A DNA stretch of 39,094 nucleotides. It comes from Paramecium tetraurelia (Eukaryota). The stretch's first letter is position 1. Each line of letters starts with the position of its first letter. The stretch lies in the NCBI GenBank assembly GCA_000165425.1, contig CT868396.1, positions 394,826-433,919 of the forward strand, read 5' to 3'. Shown here in pieces: positions 12,377 through 25,541 of this stretch. The translations under genes and the position numbers were made by a program. A model generated the notes under the pieces. The model searched no databases. It had not been told where the DNA came from and was given only the letters and a program-made list of their open reading frames with translations.

Positions 12377-15149
12377 TCAAGATTCCAAGACAATGACTAT
12401 TTTAGATCTTTTCCATTTTCTTTTCACAATATTCACATCGATGAAATTATGGAAGCTAGCTATTTCCCGACTCCTTTAGAAAAGTTCTTAAATTAATTTG
12501 AAGTTCATGTGAGGCATGTATAATTCATAATCTCGCTGAATCTCAAAAGACTCAAAAATATCCTTATACCTCCCCATAGATTCTTAATAATCTCCTTTTT
12601 AATATAGATTATCATACTTTTAGATTCAATCAATAGAGTCTTATCCTCTTTCGAATCATAATCCTTCTCCACTTCTTAAATTACCTCATTACTTTTACCA
12701 ATGCTTAAGTTTAAAGTTCCCTTCGTTTAAAACTGTTTATTCACTGTAGCAATTATTTTAGAACTCTCTTCCAAACTAAGTTCTTAATCCAAAGGTGTCA
12801 TTTTCTTCTATTACTAAAATACTCCTTTACTGAATTGAAATCCTAGATTTTCTTCGAAATTAGTTTCTGCTGTTTTCTAAAATTAATCTTAACTTAAAAA
12901 CAATGGCACTCCTCTTTTGGGTATATTGGTTATCTTCTTTTAAGATTTTCTAAGATATCCATTTTAAGATGATGCCATATTCCTTTTAAGTTGATAATTG
13001 AATTCTTCTGACATCTTAGGATCTTTCAACAAATAATATAACACACTATCTGCGATTTTGCCTTCCACACTTAGAGTTGATATTCTCTTTTCTAAATTGG
13101 TTCTATGAAAAGGATTCCTTTCTTAACAACACTTCTTCTTATATTTCAACAAGGTTTTGGTTCTACTTGGAAATCCGGTAAGCATTGGACAATTATAGAG
13201 CAAATGGGTTGATTTATTACACCCAATACATTAAATATGAAACTCATCAAATCTTCCTGAGAATTTTACCAAATCTTTTAATTAACAATATTTTTCCTAA
13301 TGTTTTATTCAATTTTTATACATAGCCAAACTTCTTTGCTATCTATTGAAACTTATCTCTATGCATTTTTAATATCCTTGATGGCTTTGTAGTTCTGCAA
13401 TTTATTGAGTAGTTTTGGTCCAATAAAAAATCCTATTGTCCAAAGATTTCATCTTATCCATCCATTTTCTAAATAGATACACAATTCCCAGAACCTTCTG
13501 GAAGAGATACATAGTATTCAACTTCCCCTTCACAAAGGATATAAAGATATTGACTCTATTCTCCTTTTGTAAAAATACTCTACCAAGGAGTAAGCTTTTC
13601 CTCTTCGAAATCACCAGCCAAAGCCTACAAAAAATCAGAACTAAAATTATCATGAAAAAATGGAATCTTTGAGATGCTTTTCAGATTTAAATCTAATATC
13701 ATTTCCTAAGATAATCGGTATATAATTACAGTATACAAATTGCTAGGTAATAGTTGTTACAATTTAGACATATCGAATTAATCTTGTCCCATGCAATCAT
13801 TCCATAAGTACTCAAAGTATCTTCTAATTTTTATTTGCAATTCTGAGTTAAAACCTCTTACCCTCAAGTATTTTTTCAAATCATTCAAATCTAATCTTAT
13901 TTATTGTTCTTTTTTCTATATCGAATAGATGATTTATCCTATGGATGATACAAAAAAACCGAATGTACAACAAGATACAATGGCTACAAATATTATCAAT
14001 ACTCTCTCATTCAAATTCTATGGAGTAAAGTCTCCGTATCCAATTGTAGTCATAGTTATTACACTCCAATAGAATGTGGTCAACTAAAATCATTTTACTA
14101 TTTACGTAGCTTGTTATAAAATTAGCTTCAACTAAATCCTCTTTGATAATCCAAGAGACATCCTTATTTTATTTGCCCACATAATATAGAAAACAACAAA
14201 ATGTGTGGGCTTCAATTATTATCAAATAGATCAATCTGACTAAGTCATAGACTGCCCAATAATTGGTTGTCAGTTCCAATTTATCCAATATCAATCCGAC
14301 TCTTTTTGGAACATCCAATATTTTTATTATCATAAATAGTGACAACAGATTGTTACCTTGCGAATCAAAAAAATAGCCTAATGATATCACTATGATTATT
14401 GAATCAATTATGCATTCATTCGAATGATAAAAGTTTTTAATTATTTTGTGTCTGTCTGTCACTAAATAGCCTGCCTCATAATAACAACTGTTCAATTTCA
14501 CGAGTATGTCTATTAAATAACTGATAAAGGGAATTATCAGGAAGAAGATTTCGCTTTGTTTGTAATTTTCTGGCTCTCTGCTATCGAAGTCAAAGGAGAA
14601 TTTAATGGAACAATACAAAAAGTTAAAGTTGATCATTATAAGCAAGTAAACATTCCATATGAGTATACTTGTTTATTCTGGCTTAAATAGGAATTTACTA
14701 TGCGAAAAGTACTCAAATAATGATTGTATAGTGTAATATTTGAGTATAGTTATTTATAATATGTGTTGGAGCCTCGACTCTGGAGCTGCTTTCTATGATT
14801 AAATAATATTTACTATATATTTGAAGTAATCCTGTTTCACATAAAAGCTAAAATCTGCTGCTTTATCACCAATTATTTTAAACATGTTGGCATCCAAATA
14901 TTTAAAATCCTATGGAAATATCGATTGTGTGATTAATGTAATAAACTTTATTATTCTGATGAAAACGTTTAGGGGGTTCGCCTTAGAAAATTACTAATTT
15001 TATTCTGATGTCTAAATGTTTTAATATTTTGAAAATTGCAATGTTTTGAAGTAAGCTGGACAGGATTTTAATTGTCTCTAGCTTCTCATTGAGTCTGATT
15101 TTTTCATTCCTTGTAACAGTTCTCTATTAGAGTGTAATTCAGAGTTCAT
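12377..15149 (-). CDS. 6-TM K+ channel with cyclic-nucleotide-binding homology domain (EAG/CNG-like, ciliate-expanded type)
   Basis: Pore TFYWSVITMTTIGYGDFTP (GYG filter, about 14020-14080), preceded by hydrophobic S1-S5 (ORF-track fragment 14169-14645). C-linker and CNBD IFTKGEQSQYLYILCEGEVE..EIFGQ. Ends KRKWKRSKIVIVLES*. Confidence 0.92.
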
Positions 15150-15902
15150 CAACTATTGATATTTAATTAAATATTTTTGTAAATAAAGTACTATGAAAAT
15201 TACTTAGATATAATCTAAATTCAGCATCCTCAATTTCATTTAATTTAAAACATTAAGGTTTTTTAATAGATAGAAAACGAATTTTATCTTAATATTTATA
15301 ACATTCGAGTTAATATTTCTCGTATTATATATATATTATTTTAAATACTGCTGAAATCCAATATTTATTAACAACTAGAGTTTTGTAATTCATAACAAGG
15401 AGTAATCATTACAGTTCCAACTTCAATCATATACACAGATTACACGATCCATATATTTGAATTTTAAAAGCAAAATAGTTGTTAAAATACATACTGTAAT
15501 CGTCTCATAGATATTCATAAAATGAAATACTAAGATTAAAAAGCAAACTAAAAATATTTACTTTGATCTTAACAAATTACTAATAAATGATATTACATAT
15601 AAATAAATTAAATAATATAAATTATATAGGAACTTAACATAAGATTGATTCTCAGCACAAGATGAAAGTAGTATAAACCTCTGAGAAGACAAGTGTTATT
15701 TTAGTTTTGATTTTTATTTTAGTATTAAATAGAATATGTGAGCTATGTTTAATAACATTTATTTAATGATATTTTGATATGCGCGGAATTGAGGAATAGA
15801 TTCAAAGTTAAGGAACATATAAGTTTGAATTATTTTTGGATTAAAAAATAAATACTAAAGGGGAATTATTTCTCTAACAGTTTATAATATAAATAATTTA
15901 AA

Positions 15903-18900
15903 ATGCAATAAGAATAGGAATATCCTAAAAAAACAGACATAGCTCCCTATTTAGCTTCCAATTGTGTTGGATATCACAAGGAATATCCAAAATCTTTGTA
16001 TAAGCAAGTGTTTGAGCCTGACATTATAATGAAACCAAATTATAAAGCCATCAAAATATTTGATCCTTAAGAACTTGTTAGACATTTGCAAAAACATTTT
16101 CCTTTGATTAGGAAAAACATACGATAATTCGACGATTAGATGAAAAAATTAAATCAAACATTTGGACATATGATCGTAAATGGTAATCCATTTTTAAATA
16201 TGTTAGGTTTTCATATTGATGATTTCTTGAAAAAGTTCTTTTTTGTTTTGGATAAAAGATTGCATAAGTTCTTTGATCACCTTGATTAACACGTTTTCAA
16301 ATTGGATGGAAAATAAGTATAAGTATTAATTCCAGGTGATTACCGAATCGGTGACACTAGACAGCACATTAGATAAAAATTAATAGATATGTCAAACGAT
16401 CTTGTAACTAAGTTTGCTTCCAGAAAAACTCCACAAGAATATGATAGAGAAGTTATAAAAAAAATTGATCAAATTTTAAGAGTCTATGAATTATTGAAGT
16501 ATGATTAAGGATGGCATTTTATAATTAATATCACTAAATTCAATCTAGAAGATCTATTGGAGAGGGTTTGCAATAATGAACTCACCTAATTTTAAAAAAT
16601 AGATGAATTGATTGAATCCATGTTTCTTATTTCAATGAAATAAATTAAGGATGCTACCGAACATGAAAATACAAGTCCACTCTTTGTATTTAATAAGGAT
16701 GTTGTGTTGTCTAAGTAATCCTATATTTTTATCATCAAGATTTCATTAAATTATCAATGATAGATCAGATCCCTAAATGTCCACTGATGATTTGTATTAC
16801 GTAAGTAAAACTGTGTGTATGAGAGATAGAAGAATCATTTACAACGAATTCTATAATCAAATTAATAAGGAACTTAAAGAAATTGCTCCTGAATATTTCT
16901 AATTTGCAACAACAGAAAAAAGCGAATATTAGAAGAAAAGAGAAGAACTTCATAAAAAACTATTAAAAACTTAAAACGAATGGGAATCTTTAAAGGAAGA
17001 TGAAAATTACTATCTAATTTAAGAGGATCGAATCAATGAAGAGGATTTAAGAAAGGTTCCCTTGACAAGTGAGCAATAGTTACAATAATTGTAAAAATTA
17101 AACGCCTTTGCAAACAAAGCTTCCAATCTATAATATGATGCAGTCACTTTGTTTAAGGATATCTTAGATCATAAAGATGAATCAAAAGTCTAAATTGAAA
17201 CCAAACTCCAAGAGGCTTTGGAGAAGGCAAAATAATTTTATACAAAAATGACACCTGGTAGAACGCCATCCTCAAATTAAATTAAATAACACGTAGATAG
17301 TCTTTATAGTGAATTAACCAACTTATTAAACTCGGATATCAGTAAGTTTTAAGGATAAATGTCATAAACTGATAAGTCTGTTGAACAATAACTTTCTAGA
17401 AACAAACAAAATCCTTATTTATAATAAGTATAAAAAGAACTTCAAAGGTAACAGCATGTTAGAGATCATATGTAAAAAGAGCAGGAAAATGAAATGAAAA
17501 GAAGATCTGAATTAGTTAATGCTTAGGCTGATTTGATGATAAGATAATAACAATAGCGAGAGCTCTTTAAAGAAAATTAATCAACCAGACCAACTTAACC
17601 TGTAAATACAGGTAAAATCATGGAAGGTAGTTCTATTACAAATGAACTTTATTATGAAAAAGTAGTTGCAAACTATCAAAAACCTGAGTTAGAAGGAGGT
17701 AAATATGAAACAATCATAAATAAAAATAAGGCTCAAAAGCTTCATAGCTTGGATAGAGGGGTATATGTTGGTTCTACTCCATAACATTATGTCGATGAAG
17801 TTATGGGATAACCATTAGACCCAATAAAGTTGAGAGAAGATAATGAAAGGAGATATAACCAACAAAAAAAACCAGATCCCGGACAATAAGCACGCAAGGA
17901 TCCACCTAGAAAGCCTGAACCTCCTAGATAAGAACCACCCAAAAAAACTGATCCTCCTCCTAAAGAAGTCTAAAAACAAGAACCACCTAAAAAGCCTGAT
18001 CCTCCTCCTAAGGAAATCCAAAAACCAGAACCACCTAAAAAGTCTGAACCTCCTCCTAAGGAAATTCAAAAACCAGAACCACCTAAAAAGTCTGAGCCTC
18101 CTCCTAAGGAAATTCAAAAACAAGAACCACCTAAAAAGCCTGATCCTCCTCCTAAGGAAATCTAAAAACCAGAACCACCAAAAAAGCCTGAACCTAAATA
18201 AGATCCCCCAAAAAAGCCTGATCCTCCTCATAAAGAAATCCAAAAACCAGAACCACCAAAAAAGCCTGAACCTAAATAAGATCCCCCAAAAAAGCCTGAT
18301 CCTCCTCAAAAAGAAATCCAAAAACCAGAACCACCAAAAAAGCCTGAACCTAAATAAGATCCCCCAAAAAAGCCTGAACCTCCTCAAAAAGAAATCCAAA
18401 AACCGGAACCGCCTAAAAAGCCTGAACCTCCTCAAAAAGAAATCCAAAAACCAGAACCACCTAAAAAGCCTGAACCTCCTCAAAAAGAAATCCAAAAACC
18501 AGAACCACCTAAAAAGTCTGAACCTCCTCAAAAAGAAATCCAAAAACCGGAACCGCCTAAAAAGCCTGAACCTCCTCAAAAAGAAATCCAAAAACCAGAA
18601 CCACCTAAAAAGTCTGAACCTCCTCCTAAGGAAATCCAAAAACCAGAACCACCAAAAAAGCCTGAACCTCCTCTTAAAGATGTCCAAAAATCTGAACCTC
18701 CAAAAAAAACGGACCCTCCTCAAAAAAAACCTGAACCTCATCCTGAACCTTAAAAAATAATGCCAAATAATCAGAAAATGATCGATCCTTATGCAATTGA
18801 TTTTCCAGATGATGATGATCCTTATGATGGTTTTGATAATGAACCTATTACAAAAGGCTAATAGTTTATTTAATAACCACTATAGAGAGGTATATTATGA

Positions 18901-20312
18901 AAAATAATTTAGGACTTAATCAATATGAATAGCCTTTGAAAAAACCTGGTAGCGATATTAATTTCAACTCTGAAGACGAAAAGGAGAATCCTGAAGATAT
19001 GCTTGGAATCTAGTAACTTGGCGATGAAGGTGAGGAGATTGATTAGATTCTTATAACCCCAGAAATTTTGCCCTAAATAAATAAGTATACTAAGGGAACA
19101 AAATATGGAAAAAATATGCCAATTACAATGTAAGAATTTAATTCTTTTGAATATGTTATTTAATTGTTTGAAGATTTTATCATTTAAGATGAAGCTTACT
19201 TTTTAGATTTTGATGAAACAGCATAGATATTGTTCATTTTTGAAAAATTTATTTCTTAAGAAGAAGATATTTAAGATGATATTGAAAAATTAGAATAGTA
19301 TTTATAGGGCAAGTTTCTTGAAAAAACTGGAAGACCAAACTTTGGTGAATAAAAAAACTTTTTCCCATTTGAAGATAATCCATTTTCGTTCTATTTAGTT
19401 GAAAAGGATCCCCTTTCAAAATAATTAATATTATATTACGATGAATAGCCAAATGAAGATCAAATGGGGGAAGAATTTGGTCAATTTTTGGGGATGTTCC
19501 AATAGCTTTTCTCATGTGAAGAGTTTGAAATTTCTCAAGTGATTCTTCCAATTTAATCAAAAAACAAACTTGATTCATTTGGAGCTGATGGCAGATATAT
19601 AAAGTATATGATGACAGTTTTTACATTGATTTACGAGCAATAAACTCTTTAGACTGAAATAATTATTAATGATGACACAATTGCAAGAGCATTTTGGGCT
19701 TTACATCAATCGACTGAATTATACACACTATTGCAGGATAATGAGGAAGATGTTAGAGCTACCTTTTTTGAAATGTTAGAATAGGCACAAAAAAATGATA
19801 AAACTGTTTTAATTGCAACAATAGAAGAGCTTTACTCAAAAGAAGGACTCGAAAATTTATAAAATGTAAATATTATACATTATATTTTAGCAAGTTTAAG
19901 AGATATATGATAACTTCACATAAAATAAGATTATAAAATAAGCTTTTTTCTCAATAGATATTGTGATTTAAGAATAACAATAAAAGTGTTGTATGTATGT
20001 TCATCTACAAAAAGTATCACAACTTAATTTTCTAAAGGTATAATCGTTGAATTTATCTAGATTTTTACGCTATAAAGCTATGGAGAATTCAATTAATAAA
20101 TGCTAAACTTTTTATTGGTAGATGATGGCTTATTTACATAAAAAGTTTTCATCGATTTTCCAAGACATAACCTCTTTTAAGAATATAGCGAAGTTACGCT
20201 TGGAGCATTTTACCATCTTGTAGTTAAGAAAAATTTAAAACCCGAAGAAGCTATGGCTAATTTAGTTTTTTCACTAGTTCCATATAATCTAATTTTAAGA
20301 AAATAAGAATGA
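15903..20312 (+). CDS. Very large hypothetical protein (about 1400 aa): helical N-terminal half, central P/K/E/Q repeat, acidic C-terminal globular region
   Basis: ATG 15903 (MQQEQEYPKKTDIAPYLASNCVG) to TGA 20310-20312 (..LVPYNLILRKQE*), with several tiny GT..AG introns keeping the frame. Confidence 0.8.
17900..18750 (+). repeat. Coding minisatellite, 48-nt unit (PPPKEIQKPEPPKKPE) with 78-nt variant units
   Basis: Repeated cctcctc(ct/aa)aa(g/a)gaaatccaaaaaccagaaccacctaaaaag(c/t)ctgaa. Three units carry an extra 30 nt (PKQDPPKKPD). Confidence 0.95.
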
Positions 20313-20966
20313 TTTTATTAAATTATAAATAAATAAATTAATTTATGAAGCAATCATTTCTTTTGTGAAATTAAACATATTTGCAATGATTTTTTATAAA
20401 ATCATATAATAAAATCAATTATCTTCGTTATGCCAAATACATTTATGAAATTTTCAATCCTTAAGCTACATTACTTACAAATATGACCCTGTTAATGGAA
20501 ATCACTTTGACTCATTAAATATTCTTAGTTCACCAACTTTAGGAGAGAAATTTACAGGATAAACATGATTAAACAAATTAGTTTTATAATATTGAATTTA
20601 GGTGTTGAATTCTAGGAGATCTTTAGGTAGTTCTGGATTACAAACTTTCTGTTTGTCTCAAATTATACTAATCAAATTTAGGTTCGATTTTTTATGCATT
20701 TCATATAAGTGAAAAGGAAGGTAATGAATATGAATTATAATATTTCATATTTTTAATTTTTATTGTGAAATAAATTGAATTTTTACAAAATTTGTAATGT
20801 TACTTATAAAAAAATATCACTTTCAAATTCATTATTGTAAATTTTTAATTATGATTTGTTAAGGGTAATTCTTGAAGTGGTTTCATTAATTACCTCAACC
20901 ATTATGATAATAGTTAATATAACAACTTTTTTAATTAATTAATTCAAATTCAAAAAAAATAGAAAA

Positions 20967-23900
20967 ATGGACTTCATCGTAAAAATTGGTATTGATGGTC
21001 ATTAGTTCCTATTGACTCTAACACCTGAAAATAAACGGTATTTATTACAAATATCATAGGTTACAATATCTATAAGAATAAATTTAAAATGAAACAAAAG
21101 TAGAAGTGAAGAATTAATTACTTCTTACAAAGAAAGGAGTAAGACTGGAAGATTTAAATTAATTTGATGTAGATTAATAATTGCAATAAACTGTTTAATA
21201 ATTTCCAGACGAATAAAAATTTTATGTAATAAACTCTATAATATTGGAATAGACAATTTATTTATTCGATCTAAGTGAAAATCCAGAACAAGTTTCTTTT
21301 CCATTCCCTAAATATGAGCCTAAAATGGACTTAAAATAGTTGTTACTATCAGAATAAGCAAAAGAAACATTAATAAATTTGAACACAAACATTCTCAATC
21401 ATGAGAAAATATTTTTTTAGCATTTACAAAACTTAAAGAATAAATATATACCTTATTAATAGAAAGTTAAACAATTAGAAAAAATTGGATAAGACTTGGA
21501 AAATCAAATATAGTCATTTGATATTGTATTAAAAATGAGTAGGACTACATATAAGATAACAAAGGCTAAGAAAGAGGAGCTGACAAAAAAATAAAAAGAA
21601 TCATTAGAAAGAAATCTATAAACAGTTAAAAAATTTGATGACAGTTTGGAGTAGTTAAAAAAAATAGAATTACATACTGCTTTGCAAACGAATTCATAAA
21701 AATATTTAAGTGACATCTATTATAAACCAGAATCCATGTTGAAATGGAAAAATAGTTGTTTGAATACTTAATAAAATTTAAAATAGAAAATTGACAAATT
21801 GAGTCAATCAATATCCAAATCTAAATAGAAGATTAAAAACGAAAAAACAGAAAACATGACTCAATGCTTATCGAGTTATAAAGCAAATTAACAATAATAT
21901 TAATAATTCATCCAAGAAAATAAATCACTATTATAATCAGTGGTCTAATCCACTATCGATGGTAAAAGTATTTAATATAACAAGAATACAATACCTTAAG
22001 ACAATATATGATTGATTTTTCCTAGGACATTAATGATGAACCAGCAATGTACTATTTATCTTAGTTTGAATTATCTTAAGAACAACTAAAATAATTTGAA
22101 GATGCTGTTATTCATTTAGGAGATCATTTAGAGAAAAGTATCTTATTTCCACATAATATTAGCAAAATAAGTATTTATGTAATTCAACCAATTAAAATAA
22201 TAAAATATGTCTAAGATTTTGAAAGTTTTTTAAAACTTAAGAGCTCTTGACAAAGAATTTGAGTAACATAATGAAAAAATCAAACAATATGATGAAGAGG
22301 TGGAGAAAATGGAGAAAGATTTTTCATATCTTTTAAATCCTGTTTTATTACCATAGGCTTATTAATAGGCATTAATAGAAACTAGTAGAAGGAAAGAATT
22401 TAGAGATATTTTTGATAAGAAAATTAAATCTTTAATGTCCTTGATAGATCAAGAAAAGGAAAAAAGGAAGAAATTTTTGTAATAATATGGTAGAATTTTG
22501 CCTTAAGATTTTATTGGCCAATTAAAAAATTTAACTCCATCAATTCAAATCATAAATGCTTTTGTAGATGCTGAATTACCAAATATAACTGGTTTACACA
22601 CAGATACTATTAAGAAACGATAGGATAATGATCAGGATTAACTAAAATAATAGATAGAGGATTTAAATCAGCAATGCAAGCAAACTCATCTGTTCTATTA
22701 AGAGAAAACTACTAAAAAGTCTTCCACTTATATAGAATTACTCTAATTGACAGCAAAGAATTCTATGAAAATGTTTATTTAAAGAGCTGAAAACAAACCA
22801 CTATCATCAATAGATGTCAATTCAGATAAATCTTAAAGAGAAAATGATTCAAAACTTATAAACTTGAAAAATGAATATAGCGAACAATTAAATACCTAAA
22901 AACAAGAATATGAGAAGTTGAAAATTAAATTTTAAAAGCAGGAATAAGATTTTGAATCAAAATTAGTGGAAATCGATACTAAAAATAGTTTAATTGCAGA
23001 ACTTTAATAAAAATTAGAATCTATATAAAATAACACTGTTAAATTAAAGGATGATTTAAATAAATTTGTCAGTAAATGTGAGAATTTGGAAATTAATCTA
23101 ATATAGAAGAATGGTGAAATATCTAAATTACAGTAATTGTAAAAATAACTCAATGATTAATTAACATAATCTAAATAAATTTAGCAAGATCTACTCAAGC
23201 ATAAATAATCATTCTAATAATAATATGAGAATCAGAATGATTAAATAAATGAATTGGATTTATTGAATAAATAATATTTACAATAAGTGTAGGATTACTA
23301 CTCTTAAGTAGAAACAGTCTAAAATGAAAATGAAAAGTTGAGATAGAAAATTAAGATTGTGGAATTGGAAAGAGATAATAAATAAATTGAATTGGAAAAA
23401 TAGATTTAAGTCTATAATGAATTGTTAGAAGATTATATAGAAAAGAATTCCAGATTTGAAAATTTGAATGAAGAATAAGTAAAGAAATCTTAAAAGGACT
23501 AAAAATTAGAGGAGGCTTGCAGGTCACTTTAAAATAAAATAGATAATTTAGATTTAGCTCTTTAATAAAAGAATAATGAAATAATCTCATTGAAAAATCA
23601 AGACTAATTACAATTATTGAAATAACAGGATGATTTTAACTAAATATAATTACAATACGATGATAGAATTAACTGTTTAACTTAGGAGAATTTAGAGATG
23701 ACAGTCTAAATTTAATCTTTAAAGGGTTAAATTGAATATTTAAATTAAAAATAGAAATCTGACAATATTATTGAAGTACAATAAAAACTCAAATTATCTG
23801 ATCCTTAATTTTAATTTGATTTGTCAAGTATTTAAATAGGCAAATAGAGCATATTCATACCAGCTTAAAATGATATTTATGTTCCATTAATATTAAAGAA

Positions 23901-24178
23901 CATCTAGGTTTCAAATATTTCAGATGACTCCTTATCAAATACGAGCATAGATACATCAATCAAATAATATAGAGTTTAATTAGCATCAATCCCATAGACA
24001 TTAAGAGAATTCATTATGTAATTGATATCTAATTTTTAGTGATACTGGATTACTGTTCATATCAGAGGTTAGTAACATCATAGAAACAGAAGAGTACTTT
24101 TAGATTAGTGTGAAACAACCAAATTATATTATTGGATTTGAAGGTTAGGACAACTAGATCAAAAGTTTTACTCTTTGA
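20967..24178 (+). CDS. ATG11: ATG11/FIP200 (RB1CC1)-like autophagy scaffold
   Basis: N-terminal ubiquitin-like pattern (LQEQIQNETKVEVKNQLLLTKKGVRL..IYLFD). Atg11/Atg17-type block LPQAYQQALIETSRRKEF..EKEKRKKFLQQYGRILP, then a long coiled coil and a claw-like FDLSSIQIGKQSIFIP. Tiny introns; TGA 24176-24178. Confidence 0.75.
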
Positions 24179-24621
24179 AAAAATAATTCATTTTAAAAAT
24201 TAATGTATATGCATTTAATTAAATGTTGTCCTTGATAAAAAAATTTTAATTCTTCAACTTTCTTCTTAAATTCGATTACCATATTGATACTTGATACTAA
24301 ATTTAGAAATTCCAGTAATCTTTAAATTATAATATAAAATTTTAATTAAATTTATTAACGAATTCACATAAAATAGATATAAATTTTTCATCTTTCTTAT
24401 ATTTGCCATTTAAAGTGTAAAAACAAGATTTCTTCTACATTTTTGAAGTTGCGTAATTCTAAATATAGTTTTAATGAGATGTACTTAGTTGAAAACCAAT
24501 AAAAGCCCAAAAAGATGAACTTAGAATTTTGTTTTTTATTTAATATGACTGTTATGTTCATCTACATTTTGAAGAAATCCACATAATTAATACATTATGG
24601 TGGGATTAATAAAATCTGAAA

Positions 24622-25383
24622 ATGAATAAAACTTTAAAATTTAATAGACGATTATAGCAGCCTTCAGAATAGATGGGATTTTGTGTTCAATGCTTTAGTT
24701 TCATTCCAATAAATGATATAGACTCTCACTGTCTTGGTTGCATGGAAAATAAAAGAAATATCGAATGTTATTCTGACAATATTTCTTTTTAATTGGAGCA
24801 TATTAATTAAGTAGCCTAGAATGGTATGGAAAAATGTGAACAAGGTTCTGAAAAATCAAAGTTTTTAATTAGAATTTAAGAACTTTGTAAACAGATTGTC
24901 GGCATAAAATGCTATAATATGTTAAGTGTAAAAAAACTTGAAGATATGGAAAGCGAAGTAAAAGTCTTACTTTCTTACCCTCCGCAATCTATGAGTGTTA
25001 TAATGATGCTAACAAGATTAGAATCTCTATTAAAAGAAAAGTTAGAATTATAAAATAAACGTAAGCAAGTCACATACAATTCCTTACCTTAAAACAGCAC
25101 CGCTCGATTAAAAACTGAATAAAACATGAGTGAGAATAACTATTCAATCTATGATTACAGAAAATTTTAAACTGAAAACAATCTTAAATAATCTCTAGAG
25201 TTCAAAAGGAATTTCTATTCTAAATGCCTTGAAATGAAAGTAAAATTGCCTAAAAACCATCCAGCTTAATAAATTTTGGTTTAAGACTTATACAGCTTTG
25301 TGATTAGCAAAAATTACAACAATGAATAGGCTGTAAATTTTATCAAGAAATGTTTTAGGGAATATCAAATTAATTAAATATGA
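24622..25383 (+). CDS. Hypothetical protein with N-terminal C2HC Zn finger, intronless, 253 aa
   Basis: 762-nt ORF with GFCVQCFSFIPINDIDSHCLGC and a C-terminal FYSKCLEMKVKLPKNHPAQQILVQDLY block. Confidence 0.82.
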
Positions 25384-25541
25384 GTTTAATTTATATTTTG
25401 TATACACTTAATTATTACAATTTTTAGGTTCAAGTTTAAACCTTTCAACTTGAAGGAAATCATCAATTAGATCTAAATGCAAAAAAAAGTTGAATAACAA
25501 AATGTGAAAATTTATAAGAAATTAGTTAATAATATATCAAA

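Noticed and set aside
17900..18750. CRISPR-like array
   Set aside because: No unique spacers, the repeats are codon-phased inside a eukaryotic CDS, and there are no cas genes.
17815..18760. ORF-track 308-aa F/R/W-rich (-) and 305-aa K/N/L-rich (+) proteins
   Set aside because: Shadow frames of the coding minisatellite. The frame continuous with the flanking exons is the PPKEIQKPE frame, which contains TAA Gln codons.
20500..20705. Short minus-strand coding-like stretch (..VCNPELPKDLLEFNTQ..FSPKVGELRIF)
   Set aside because: An in-frame TGA follows soon after the only plausible ATG and no motif is recognisable. At most a relic.
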